The translations under genes were made by a program, and so were the position numbers. The notes beneath the pieces were generated by a model. It had not been told where the DNA came from. It saw only the letters and a program-made list of their open reading frames with translations, and did no database searches. DNA of 64,000 nt. Source: Eledone cirrhosa (Eukaryota). The stretch is from assembly GCA_964016885.1 (NCBI GenBank), contig OZ024740.1, positions 428,606,001 through 428,670,000 on the forward strand, given 5' to 3'. Below are positions 1 to 13,490 of this stretch, in pieces (the first letter of the stretch is position 1; every line of letters starts with the position of its first letter).

Positions 1-3000
1 CCACAACAGTCACCAAATGGGGAAGACAGACATTATCAGGCTACAGCTGCCATATTATATAGTTTCTACAACAGACCACAACAGTCACCTAATGGGGAAG
101 ACAGACATTATCAGGCTACAGCTGCCATATTATATAGTTTCTACAACAGACCACAACAGTCACCTAGTGGGGAAGACAGACATTATCAGGCTACAGCTGC
201 AATATTATATAGTTTCTATTACAGACCACAACAGTCATCAAATGGGGAAGACAGACATTATCAGGCTACGGATGTCATATTATATAGTTTCTATATCAGA
301 CCACAACAGTCACCAAATGGGGAAGACAGACATTATCAGGCTACTGCTGCCATATTATATAGTTTCTACAACAGACCACAACAGTAACCTAATGGGGAAG
401 ACAGACATTATCAGGCTACAGCTGCCATATTATATAGTTTCTACAACAGACCACAACAGTCACCTAATGGGGAAGACAGACATTATCAGGCTACAGCTGC
501 CATATTATATAGTTTCTACAACATACCACAACAGTCACCTAGTGGGGAAGACAGACATTATCAGGCTACAGGTGTCATATTATATAGTTTCTACAACAGA
601 CCACAACAGTCACCAAATGGGGGAAGACAGACATTATCAGGCTACAGCTGCAATATTATATAGTTTCTATTACAGACCACAACAGTCACCAAATGGGGAA
701 GACAGACATTATCAGGCTACGGATGTCATATTATATAGTTTCTATAACAGACCACAACAGTCACCAAATGGGGAAGACATACATTATCAGGCTACTGCTG
801 CCATATTATATAGTTTCTACAACAGACCACAACAGTAACCTAATGGGGAAGACAGACATTATCAGGCTACAGCTGCCATATTATATAGTTTCTACAACAT
901 ACCACAACAGTCACCTAGTGGGGAAGACAGACATTATCAGGCTACAGCTGCCATATTATATAGTTTCTATTACAGACCACAACAGTCACCAAATGGGGAA
1001 GACAGACATTATCAGGCTACAGGTGTCATATTATATAGTTTCTACAACAGACCACAACAGTCACCAAATGGGGAAGACAGACATTATCAGGCTACAGGTG
1101 TCATATTATATAGTTTCTACAACAGACCACAACAGTCACCAAATGGGGAAGACAGACATTATCAGGCTACAGCTGCCATATTATATAGTTTCTACAACAG
1201 ACCAGGACAGTCACCTAGTGGGGAAGACAGACATTATCAGGCTACAGGTGTCATATTATATAGTTTCTACAACAGACAATGACAGTCACCTAATGGGGAA
1301 GACAGACATTATCAGGCTACAGCTGCCATATTATATAGTTTCTTCAACAGACCACGACAGTCACCTAGTGGGGAAGACAGACATTATCAGGCTACAGGTG
1401 TTTATATTATATAGTTTCTACAACAGACAACGACAGTCACCTAATGGGGAAGACAGACATTATCAGGCTACAGGTGTCATATTATATAATTTCTACAACA
1501 GACCACAACAGTCACCAAATGGGGAAGACAGACATTATCAGGCTACAGGTGTCATATTATATAGTTTCTACAACAGACCACAACAGTCACCAAATGGGGA
1601 AACAGACATTATCAGGCTACAGCTGCCGTAATATATAGTTTCTACAACAGACCAGGACAGTCACCTAGTGGGGAAGACAGACATTATCAGGCTACAGCTG
1701 CAATATTATATAGTTTCTACAACATACCACAACAGTCACCTAGTGGGGAAGACAGACATTATCAGGCTACAGCTGCAATATTATATAGTTTCTACAACAG
1801 ACCACAACAGTCACCTAGTGGGGAAGACAGACATTATCAGGCTACAGCTGCCATATTATATAGTTTCTACAACAGACCACAACAGTCACCTAATGGGGAA
1901 GACAGACATTATCAGGCTACAGCTGCCATATTATATAGTTTCTACAACAGACCACAAGAGTCACCTAGTGGGGAAGACAGACATTATCAGGCTACAGCTG
2001 CAATATTATATAGTTTCTACAACAGACCACAACAGTCACCAAGTGGGGAAGACAGACATTATCAGGCTACAGCTGCAATATTATATAGTTTCTACAACAG
2101 ACCACAACAGTCACGTAGTGGGGAAGACAGACATTATCAGGCTACAGCTGCAATATTATATTGTTTCTATTACAGACCACAACAGTCACCAAATGGGGAA
2201 GACAGACATTATCAGGCTACAGCTGCCATATTATATAGTTTCTACAACAGACCACAACAGTCACCTAATGGGGAAGACAGACATTATCAGGCTACAGCTG
2301 CCATATTATATAGTTTCTACAACAGACCACAACAGTCACCTAGTGGGGAAGACAGATATTATCAGGCTACAGCTGCCATATTATATAGTTTCTACAACAG
2401 ACCACGACAGTCACCTAGTGGGGAAGACAGACATTATCAGGCTACAGCTGCAATATTATATAGTTTCTATTACAGACCACAACAGTCACCAAATGGGGAA
2501 GACAGACATTATCAGGCTACGGATGTCATGTTCAATAGTTTCTATAACAGACCACAACAGTCACCAAATGGGGAAGACAGACATTATCAGGCTACTGCTG
2601 CCATATTATATAGTTTCTACAACAGACCACAACAGTAACCTAATGGGGTAGACAGACATTATCAGGCTACAGCTGCCATATTATATAGTTTCTACAACAG
2701 ACCACAACAGTCACCTAATGGGGAAGACAGACATTATCAGGCTACAGCTGCCATATTATATAGTTTCTACAACATACCACAACAGTCACCTAGTGGGGAA
2801 GACAGACATGATCAGGCTACAGGTGTCATATTATATAGTTTCTACAACAGACCACAACAGTCACCAAATGGGGAAGACAGACATTATCAGGCTACAGCTG
2901 CAATATTATATAGTTTCTATTACAGACCACAACAGTCACCAAATGGGGAAGACAGACATTATCAGGCTACGGATGTCATATTATATAGTTTCTATAACAG

Positions 3001-6000
3001 ACCACAACAGTCACCAAATGGGGAAGACAGACATTATCAGGCTACTGCTGCCATATTATATAGTTTCTACAACAGACCACAACAGTAACCTAATGGGGAA
3101 GACAGACATTATCAGGCTACAGCTGCCATATTATATAGTTTCTACAACAGACCACAACAGTCACCTAATGGGGAAGACAGACATTATCAGGCTACAGCTG
3201 CCATATTATATAGTTTCTACAACATACCACAACAGTCACCTAGTGGGGAAGACAGACATTATCAGGCTACAGCTGCCATATTATATAGTTTCTATTACAG
3301 ACCACAACAGTCACCAAATGGGGAAGACAGACATTATCAGGCTACAGGTGTCATATTATATAGTTTCTACAACAGACCACAACAGTCACCAAATGGGGAA
3401 GACAGACATTATCAGGCTACAGGTGTCATATTATATAGTTTCTACAACAGACCACGACAGTCACCAAATGGGGAAGACAGACATTATCAGGCTACAGCTG
3501 CCATATTATATAGTTTCTACAACAGACCAGGACAGTCACCTAGTGGGGAAGACAGACATTATCAGGCTACAGGTGTCATATTATATCGTTTCTACAACAG
3601 ACAATGACAGTCACCTAATGGGGAAGACAGACATTATCAGGCTACAGCTGCCATATTATATAGTTTCTTCAACAGACCACGACAGTCACCTAGTGGGGAA
3701 GACAGACATTATCAGGCTACAGGTGTTTATATTATATAGTTTCTACAACAGACAACGACAGTCACCTAATGGGTAAGACAGACATTATCAGGCTACAGCT
3801 GCCATATTATATCGTTCCTACAACATACCACAGCAGTCACCTAGTGGAGAAGACAGACATTGTCAGGCTACAGCTGCCATATTATATAGTTTCTACAACA
3901 GACCACGACAGTCACCTAGTGGGGAAGACAGACATTATCAGGCTACAGCTGCAATATTATATAGTTTCTATTACAGACCACAACAGTCACCAAATGGGGA
4001 AGACAGACATTATCAGGCTACGGATGTCATATTATATAGTTTCTATAACAGACCACAACAGTCACCAAATGGGGAAGACAGACATTATCAGGCTACAGCT
4101 GCAATATTATATAGTTTCTACAACAGACCACAACAGTAACCTAATGGGGATGACAGACATTATCAGGCTACAGCTGCCATATTATATAGTTTCTACAACA
4201 GACCACAACAGTCACCAAATGGGGAAGACAGACATTATCAGGCTACAGCTGTCATATTATATAGTTTCTATAACAGACCACAACAGTCACCTAGTGGGGA
4301 AGACAGACATTATCAGGCTACAGCTGCAATATTATATAGTTTCTATTACAGACCACAACAGTCACCAAATGGGGAAGACAGACATTATCAGGCTACGGAT
4401 GTCATATTATATAGTTTCTATAACAGACCACAACAGTCACCAAATGGGGAAGACAGACATTATCAGGCTACAGCTGCCATATTATATAGTTTCTACAACA
4501 GACCACAACAATCACCTAGTGGGGAAGACAGACATTATCAGGCTACAGCTGCCATATTATATAGTTTCTATAACAGACCACAACAGTCACCTAATGGGGA
4601 AGACAGACATTATCAGGCTACAGCTGCCATATTATATAGTTTCTACAACAGACCACAAGAGTCACCTAGTGGGGAAGACAGACATTATCAGGCTACAGCT
4701 GCCATATTATATAGTTTCTACAACAGACCACAACAGTCACCAAGTGGGGAAGACAGACATTATCAGGCTACAGCTGCAATATTATATAGTTTCTACAACA
4801 GACCACAACAGTCACCAAGTGGGGAAGACAGACATTATCAGGCTACAGCTGCAATATTATATAGTTTCTACAACAGACCACAACAGTCACGTAGTGGGGA
4901 AGACAGACATTATCAGGCTACAGCTGCAATATTATATTGTTTCTATTACAGACCACAACAGTCACCAAATGGGGAAGACAGACATTATCAGGCTACAGCT
5001 GCCATATTATATAGTTTCTACAACAGACCACAACAGTCACCTAATGGGGAAGACAGACATTATCAGGCTACAGCTGCCATATTATATAGTTTCTACAACA
5101 GACCACAACAGTCACCTAGTGGGGAAGACAGACATTATCAGGCTACAGCTGCAATATTATATAGTTTCTATTACAGACCACAACAGTCACCAAATGGGGA
5201 AGACAGACATTATCAGGCTACGGATGTCATATTATATAGTTTCTATATCAGACCACAACAGTCACCAAATGGGGAAGACAGACATTATCAGGCTACTGCT
5301 GCCATATTATATAGTTTCTACAACAGACCACAACAGTAACCTAATGGGGAAGACAGACATTATCAGGCTACAGCTGCCATATTATATAGTTTCTACAACA
5401 GACCACAACAGTCACCTAATGGGGAAGACAGACATTATCAGGCTACAGCTGCCATATTATATAGTTTCTACAACATACCACAACAGTCACCTAGTGGGGA
5501 AGACAGACATTATCAGGCTACAGGTGTCATATTATATAGTTTCTACAACAGACCACAACAGTCACCAAATGGGGAAGACAGACATTATCAGGCTACAGCT
5601 GCAATATTATATAGTTTCTATTACAGACCACAACAGTCACCAAATGGGGAAGACAGACATTATCAGGCTACGGATGTCATATTATATAGTTTCTATAACA
5701 GACCACAACAGTCACCAAATGGGGAAGACAGACATTATCAGGCTACTGCTGCCATATTATATAGTTTCTACAACAGACCACAACAGTAACCTAATGGGGA
5801 AGACAGACATTATCAGGCTACAGCTGCCATATTATATAGTTTCTACAACAGACCACAACAGTCACCTAATGGGGAAGACAGACATTATCAGGCTACAGCT
5901 GCCATATTATATAGTTTCTACAACATACCACAACAGTCACCTAGTGGGGAAGACAGACATTATCAGGCTACAGCTGCCATATTATATAGTTTCTATTACA

Positions 6001-8138
6001 GACCACAACAGTCACCAAATGGGGAAGACAGACATTATCAGGCTACAGGTGTCATATTATATAGTTTCTACAACAGACCACAAGAGTCACCAAATGGGGA
6101 AGACAGACATTATCAGGCTACAGGTGTCATATTATATAGTTTCTACAACAGACCACAACAGTCACCAAATGGGGAAGACAGACATTATCAGGCTACAGCT
6201 GCCATATTATATAGTTTCTACAACAGACCAGGACAGTCACCTAGTGGGGAAGACAGACATTATCAGGCTACAGGTGTCATATTATATAGTTTCTACAACA
6301 GACAATGACAGTCACCTAATGGGGAAGACAGACATTATCAGGCTACAGCTGCCATATTATATAGTTTCTTCAACAGACCACGACAGTCACCTAGTGGGGA
6401 AGACAGACATTATCAGGCTACAGGTGTTTATATTATATAGTTTCTACAACAGACAACGACAGTCACCTAATGGGGAAGACAGACATTATCAGGCTACAGC
6501 TGCCATATTATATAGTTCCTACAACATACCACAGCAGCCACCTAGTGGAGAAGACAGACATTGTCAGGCTACAGCTGCCATATTATATAGTTTCTACAAC
6601 AGGCCACGACAGTCACCTACTTGGGAAGACAGACATTATCAGGCTACAGCTGCAATATTATATAGTTTCTATTACAGACCACAACAGTCACCAAATGGGG
6701 AAGACAGACATTATCAGGCTACGGATGTCATATTATATAGTTTCTATAACAGACCACAACAGTCACCAAATGGGGAAGACAGACATTATCAGGCTACAGC
6801 TGCCATATTATATAGTTTCTACAACAGACCACAACAGTAACCTAATGGGGATGACAGACATTATCAGGCTACAGCTGCCATATTATATAGTTTCTACAAC
6901 AGACCACAACAGTCACCAAATGGGGAAGACAGACATTATCAGGCTACAGGTGTCATATTATATAGTTTCTACAACAGACCACAACAGTCACCAAATGGGG
7001 AAGACAGACATTATCAGGCTACAGCTGCCATATTATATAATTTCTACAACAGACCAGGACAGTCACCTAGTGGGGAAGACAGACATTATCAGGCTACAGG
7101 TGTCATATTATATAGTTTCTAAAACAGACAATGACAGTCACCTAATGGGGAAGACAGACATTATCAGGCTACAGCTGCCATATTATATAGTTTCTACAAC
7201 AGACCACAACAGTCACCTAGTGGGGAAGACAGACATTATCAGGCTACAGCTGCCATATTATATAGTTTCTATAACAGACCACAACAGTCACCTAATGGGG
7301 AAGACAGACATTATCAGGCTACAGCTGCCATATTATATAGTTTCTACAACAGACCACAAGAGTCACCTAGTGGGGAAGACAGACATTATCAGGCTACAGC
7401 TGCCATATTATATAGTTTCTACAACAGACCACAACAGTCACCAAGTGGGGAAGACAGACATTATCAGGCTACAGCTGCAATATTATATAGTTTCTACAAC
7501 AGACCACAACAGTCACGTAGTGGGGAAGACAGACATTATCAGGCTACAGCTGCAATATTATATTGTTTCTATTACAGACCACAACAGTCACCAAATGGGG
7601 AAGACAGACATTATCAGGCTACAGCTAACATATTATATAGTTTCTACAACAGACCACAACAGTCACCTAATGGGGAAGACAGACATTATCAGGCTACAGC
7701 TGCCATATTATATAGTTTCTACAACAGACCACAACAGTCACCTAATGGGGAAGACAGATATTATCAGGCTACAGCTGCCATATTATATAGTTTCTACAAC
7801 AGACCACAACAGTCACCTAGTGGGGAAGACAGATATTATCAGGCTACAGCTGCCATATTATATAGTTTCTACAACAGACCACAACAGTCACCTAGTGGGG
7901 AAGACAGACATTATCAGGCTACAGCTGCCATATTATATAGTTTCTACAACAGACGACAACAGTCACCAAGTGGGGAAGACAGATATTATCAGGCTACAGC
8001 TGCCATATTATATAGTTTCTACAACAGACCACAACAGTCACCTAGTGGGGAAGACAGACATTATCAGGCTACAGCTGCCATATTATATAGTTTCTACAAC
8101 AGACGACAACAGTGACCTAGTGGGGAAGACAGACATTC
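1..8138. repeat. 75-bp tandem satellite (~108 monomers, runs off the 5' edge of the window)
   Basis: Monomer GGGGAAGACAGACATTATCAGGCTACAGCTGCCATATTATATAGTTTCTACAACAGACCACAACAGTCACCTAAT repeated continuously with few substitutions and rare 1-bp indels; the 25-aa periodic ORFs reflect the repeat. Confidence 0.98.
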
Positions 8139-8209
8139 AACTCTCTCATCAACCAGCCCCTGGGTAACGAAATTTCGTACACAACGGTGAGGTAAAGTGG
8201 CATGAACTT

Positions 8210-8514
8210 GCACACATGTGATGTGCGTGTGTGCATGTGTGTGTGTGTGTGTGTATGCATGAGTGCATGTGTGTGTGAATGCATGTGTGTGTGTGCATGT
8301 GTGTGTGTGTGTGCATGTGTGTGTGTGTGTATGCATGTGTGTATGTGTGTGTGTGTGTGTGTTTGTGTGTGTATGCATATGTGTGTGTGTATATGTGTGT
8401 GTATATGTGTGTGTTTATGAATGTATCTTTATATGTGTATATATAAATATACTGGGTGTATATTTTTGTATGGACAGACTTATACGTATTCAAGTATAGA
8501 TTGTTAATGGTAGA

Positions 8515-8559
<45 letters not shown>

Positions 8560-8845
8560 TTCATAATGCTGCTGCTGCTGTTGTGGATGATGATGATAAT
8601 GATGATGGTGGAGAAGAAGAAGAAGAAGAAGAAGAAGAAGAAGAAGAAGAAGAAGAAGAAGAAGAAGAAGAAGAAGAAGAAGAAATGGTAGGCTAAACTA
8701 CGGAGTGATCAATACATTTCTGTGGCTATTAATTTAAGAGTGCGAAGATGTTGGTTTATGGATGGTTTATGGATGGTTTATGGATGGTTTATGGATGGTT
8801 TATGGACGGTTTATGGATGGTTTATGGACGGTTTATGGATGGTTT
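8210..8845. repeat. Microsatellite cluster: (TG)n-like, (ATG)n, (GAA)n and 11-mer (GGATGGTTTAT)n
   Basis: Directly visible simple repeats. Confidence 0.95.
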
Positions 8846-9054
8846 AATGATTAGTTTACAGTTGGACGTTGATGGGAAGATATGGTTGAGAAGATGAAAC
8901 ATGGCTGAGAGAAATGACATGGGAAGCTACTGTGATGTAGGGAAATGTGGATTTGTGCGTGGCTAGATAAATATATATCAATATATGTATATGAGGCTGT
9001 GTGTGTGTACGTATATATTATATTTATATATATATATATATACATATATATATT

Positions 9055-9113
9055 GCAAAATGTTCAAGACCCCGACGGCAGAGCTCAAGCCGTTTCGACG
9101 GCTATTTCTGGAC
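9055..9113 (-). mobile_element. Fragment of (TA)n-flanked Penelope-like terminal repeat, family A
   Basis: AAGACCCCGACGGCAGAGCTCAAGCCGTTTCGACGGCTA also occurs at ~14833, ~31362 and ~55203; flanked by (TA)n. Confidence 0.6.
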
Positions 9114-9133
9114 CATATATATGTATATATATA

Positions 9134-9172
<39 letters not shown>

Positions 9173-9233
9173 CCAGCTTCACTTCCAGTTTTTAACAGAT
9201 TTTAAATCTCTTTTCATATTTTTTATCTCTAAC

Positions 9234-9305
9234 ATCTGTATCTGACGACCGATCCAGACGTATATATTATTATCGTCTGTGATCCAGAAACCTTTGGTAA
9301 TGGAG
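9234..9305 (+). ncRNA. Type I hammerhead ribozyme-like motif (weak stem I)
   Basis: CTGACGA (9242) - stem II gatc-cagacg/cgtctg-gatc - GAAA (9287) - cc ttt gg - TA - atgga. Confidence 0.55.
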
Positions 9306-9438
9306 TAGTTATATTTTGTGTTGTTCATTTTTTAATTAAATAGCTCTGTTCTATACATAGAGCACTCTTTTTTTCTTTTTCTTTTCCTTCGGAATTACCT
9401 AACACACACACACACACACACGCACACACACACACACA

Positions 9439-9544
<106 letters not shown>

Positions 9545-9707
9545 GTGAGAGAGAGGGGAGGTAAATTATCGCCCGTCGCGCAACCCTAAACCGCTTGGCG
9601 CCACGGTCAGGATTTTACATATCTCTATCCCCACTGTGCATCTATCCATGCATTGAGTACTCTCATGACGAGTGATCTCCTTGGCCTCTGCACCGCAGAC
9701 TCTCTCA

Positions 9708-9754
<47 letters not shown>

Positions 9755-10061
9755 ATATATACAATGATATTAAATAAATGGAAACTATATTTATAAAAAA
9801 ACATATGTATTCTATTATATATATACTAAATCTGTTGTACGCTCTCATCAGATAAAATAGTTTGTTTTATAAATATTGACATATCCAGGACCGAGACCTT
9901 AACGGTTCAAGTATTTCCTGGATAGGAATATTATTTAATAGGATATTATTTAATATCATTGAATATTATACTACAGAAACTGTCGAGTGCTTCGAATCAG
10001 TTATAATCATTTATATTTGTTGAATTACCAACAAATTAAATATCTCTTTTGTTTATATATA

Positions 10062-10335
10062 TATAAAGAAAAAAAGTTGAAATCGAAAATGCAACTGGAG
10101 TCTTATTTAAAAAAATATATATATATTTATTTGGTTCCTCTGTTTTTCAAAAGTAGAGTTGAGATGGATTTGAAAAGCAGAAGAACTGCGAAACAGGTAA
10201 AGGAACCAAATAAATATATATATATTTTTTTTAAAATAAGACTCCAGTTGCATTTTCGATTTCATCTTTTTTTCTTTATACTTTCACTCGTGTAGGACAC
10301 CTCGGTTATTTTTCATTTTGTAAAAAAAAACTCAC
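10062..10335 (+). mobile_element. (TA)n-flanked fold-back element with degenerate hammerhead between the arms
   Basis: Arms ~10062-10139 and ~10201-10281 are reverse complements; spacer contains TTGAAAA-gcag-aagaa-ctgc-GAAA-cagg-TA; unpaired tail on the right. Confidence 0.55.
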
Positions 10336-10391
<56 letters not shown>

Positions 10392-10449
10392 GTTTGAATG
10401 TGTGCATGTATGTTCATATTCTCGTATCTATTTATGCGTTTAATATATG

Positions 10450-10625
10450 TATGTACATATGTACGTAGGTAGGTACGTAAGTGTGTATGTACCTATGTGC
10501 GTACGTATGTATGTACCTATGTGCGTACGTATGTATGTACCTATGTACGTACGTATGTATGTACCTATGTACGTACGTATGTATGTACCTATGTACGTAC
10601 GTATGTATGTACATACCTATGTAGT
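10450..10625. repeat. 24-bp minisatellite (GTACGTATGTATGTACCTATGTAC-like)
   Basis: About 6 visible tandem units. Confidence 0.85.
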
Positions 10626-10689
10626 TCGTATTTATGTATACACTGAGCATGCTAAAATGCAAATTTTGACTCCTGTATAATGATAATAA

Positions 10690-11078
10690 TGTTTATTTCT
10701 AACTTAATCCCAAAGTGAGACAGGGTGGGGTGAATTAGTTAACTCTGAACCTTATTTTATCTGCTATGGAAAGATAAAAAGCGAAGTTGACATGGGCAGG
10801 ATTTGAACTTAAAACGTGACGAGTGGGACCAAATATACAAGACATTTCATCCGACAGTTAATGGTTTCTGATTTAGGCTCAAGGACAATAATTTGGGGTG
10901 GGGGAGAAAGTCGATTAAATTGACCCCGGTACGTAACTGGTATTTTTTTTATCGACTCCTTTGGGATGAAATGCAAAGCTAACTTCAGCGAGATTTGAAC
11001 TCAGAGTGTAAAGAACCCCAACAAATGCCACCAAAGATTTTAGCCAACGCCCTAACGATTCTGCCAATCTACCGCCCA
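10690..11078 (-). mobile_element. Two adjacent tRNA-derived SINE copies (octopus-type)
   Basis: Core GGATGAAA-GCAAAG-YRAC-TCRGCGRGATTTGAACTCAGA (B-box GTTCAAAT on the minus strand) recurs many times in the window. Confidence 0.75.
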
Positions 11079-11388
11079 CGTTACCGACATTAACTAAAAG
11101 TAGAGCTGTCATGGCGCCAAAGGTGTTTTCCCTTTTGGATACATGTGTGTTATATTTCCCACAGAACTCTTTATAGGATTATATTCACGGTTACCTTTCT
11201 ATAGTCGCCAAAATAATATTTCAGTAATTAGTTTACATCACTGAGAATACTTGGGTTGAATACTTGGTTGTAGGATTTGAGTAGACCTCATTTCAATTTC
11301 AATTCCCACAGGTTTTATATCCAGATTCACTTTACACACATCATTACTTCCACAATATAAGTTGCCTCCAAAGCTCAGTGGTCCGAGT

Positions 11389-11539
11389 CAGAGGCGTAAC
11401 TAGGGAAAATAACGCCTATTGCAAGCACTGAAATTGTACCCCCTGCCCAGACATCTGACATCCAACTCTCAGATAACCATAAAGTCTAAGTGGTGCCCAT
11501 GGAACGTGCCTTGCTTACCATATCCTAGTTATACCTTTC
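11389..11539. mobile_element. hAT-type MITE
   Basis: TIRs CAGAGGCGTAACTAGG / CCTAGTTATACCTTTC with 8-bp TSD GTCCGAGT / GTCCGAGC. Confidence 0.75.
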
Positions 11540-11955
11540 GTCCGAGCAAAGATGCCGTAAATCAAGAGCTGCAAGTTCAATTCTCACTGTTGTCTTTAGT
11601 TACATTTTTATCGAATCAATGAGAGCGTTTAACGCTAGTAATTAATCTACTAAATTAGAAAAACTAAACCGCTCCCAAATTACAGTTTATTATCTTTAAA
11701 GGTAGCACATTAGATTATGTAGTCCGAGATAAACAATGCCATGAGCATAAAAGAGAAAGAACGCCTGTTGTGCAGGTCTACTCAATCAAACATTATCTAG
11801 GCTAAACATCAACAAGGTTACACCGCGTGTGTTAATACAAAGTCTGTGATTTATGTCATTAATCAGAGTATAAACTTCACAGTGTTCTAAGATGAAATTG
11901 TATGACTTCCATTGAAACATCAATTCTATTTATGACAACTAGGAAGTATCTAGGC

Positions 11956-12204
11956 TAGTGGTTCACAACCTTTTCATTATCACCCCCGCCCCCGTTTATC
12001 TAAATGAATGTTTACATGGACACCCCATTGTAGTTGCCCCTCTTCCAGACTCTTATACGGTTTATCAATCGAAAGCTAAATCTTTAGTTTAGAGTAAAAT
12101 TAATACTGATTAATGTGTACATAATATTTTTAACGTATTGAAATGCTGTAGTTAGGCCACCTACCATATTACTACATTCGTTGACTGCAAGTTGGGAACT
12201 ACTA
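11956..12204. mobile_element. Degenerate hAT (Charlie-like) MITE
   Basis: Termini TAGTGGTTCACAAC ... GTTGGGAACTACTA are imperfect inverted repeats; TSD unclear. Confidence 0.45.
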
Positions 12205-12267
12205 CTTGATTAGTAGTTCCTAATTAACCCTTTAAATATATTGGTTATGCTCTCAGTAGTGCAATAA

Positions 12268-12448
12268 TTGTTTCTACTTTTCGCACAAGGCCAGCAATTA
12301 TCCCAGTGCATTACTGGTACTTTATTTTATCGACCCCGTAAGGATGAAAGGCAAAGTTAACCTCGGCGGGATTTGAACTCAGACCATAAAGGGCCGTAAC
12401 TATGCTGCAAAGCATGACGTCTGACCCTCTACCGATACTGCCAATCCA
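12268..12448 (-). mobile_element. tRNA-derived SINE
   Basis: Same SINE core; near-identical to copies at 36490-36660 and 38240-38392. Confidence 0.8.
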
Positions 12449-13269
12449 TGTGACCTGTAGTGCAATAATAACAACTAGTTACAGCTATGAAACGAGCTAA
12501 CGTGGAAACCTCGATGTGGTCACTCGATTTTCTAGAAATAGTAGCGAAATCTGCTTCCAACCATGCCTTAGAAAGGAGAAGAGATATTGGATAATATAGT
12601 TATAGATATAAAATAAAGACGAGTGGAATACCTTATATGTCTATTCGTTTATAGCTTGGTTAAACACTTACTACAACAGCAAGCTATGAAATCAATAATA
12701 CTGAACTTAAAGAACAACTTGTGAATGGTTAGCCCAGGGCAACCACGAAATACAGTTCGTTGAGTATTAACACAGTTAATATAGTCAGCCACTAAAATAA
12801 TGTTCATTTCATTATAATACATACGTAATGAAGTGAAAAATCATTTGTGATAACAACAATTCTTATCAAGAATGACAAGGGAGATAAGCCTGAAATAAAA
12901 CCTGATTAAAGTCGAATGAGGAGTGAGTCTGATCTTTTCCAAGTGAGGTCAGCACTGGGATATATTGTCTGCCTATTGTACTCATCAGATGATAGAATGA
13001 TAGGAAGAACTCATATTAATGTGCAGACGTTTGTATTTAGGAAGAGCCTTCTGTAATAAGACGGTAACCTGCTCAACACCTATTCATGACATTTTGATAG
13101 GTGATAATGGAGTGGTTTCATGTTCGAATCTTGTGCAAGTATCTTATAACATATAATTTGGTCGATTGAACATTTCTAAATGAAACTGGATTCAAGGTTT
13201 GTATTTAGAAGGGCGACAGATTCCTCACTCCTGTTAGCATATATATATATATATAGAATCATTAGAACA

Positions 13270-13490
13270 TCTGACTGATAAAATGACAAGTCAGTCAATC
13301 ATATTGGTGGCCTTCCCACAGCCCCGGCGGACGGCAAGGGAGACGCACTGCAAAAGCCATTCCAGCTCGCGTGGCTCACACCTGCAGCTGGCCAGCTCAC
13401 CGCCTATGGTGGTGAATAGGGAGGTAGCCCTAGGGCCGAGACACCAGAAGTCTCCACTGCCAAGGGTACAACTGCAAACCTGTCGGAATA
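13270..13490 (-). mobile_element. CRE-type LINE 3' fragment with 3' hairpin
   Basis: Homologous to 37540-37745; ends in CTGACT...AGTCAG hairpin shared with 38079-38105. Confidence 0.65.

Noticed and set aside
1-8138. CRISPR-like array
   Set aside because: No unique spacers; pure tandem repeat in eukaryotic DNA.
17-8167. Long ORFs (up to 1023 aa) of 25-aa repeats as a real repetitive protein
   Set aside because: They follow from a stop-free 75-bp monomer; variants are mostly non-synonymous, and frameshifts and a stop are tolerated.
9785-9860. Possible minus-strand hammerhead (CTGATGA...GAATACATATGT)
   Set aside because: Stem II cannot be paired and the GAAA core is broken.
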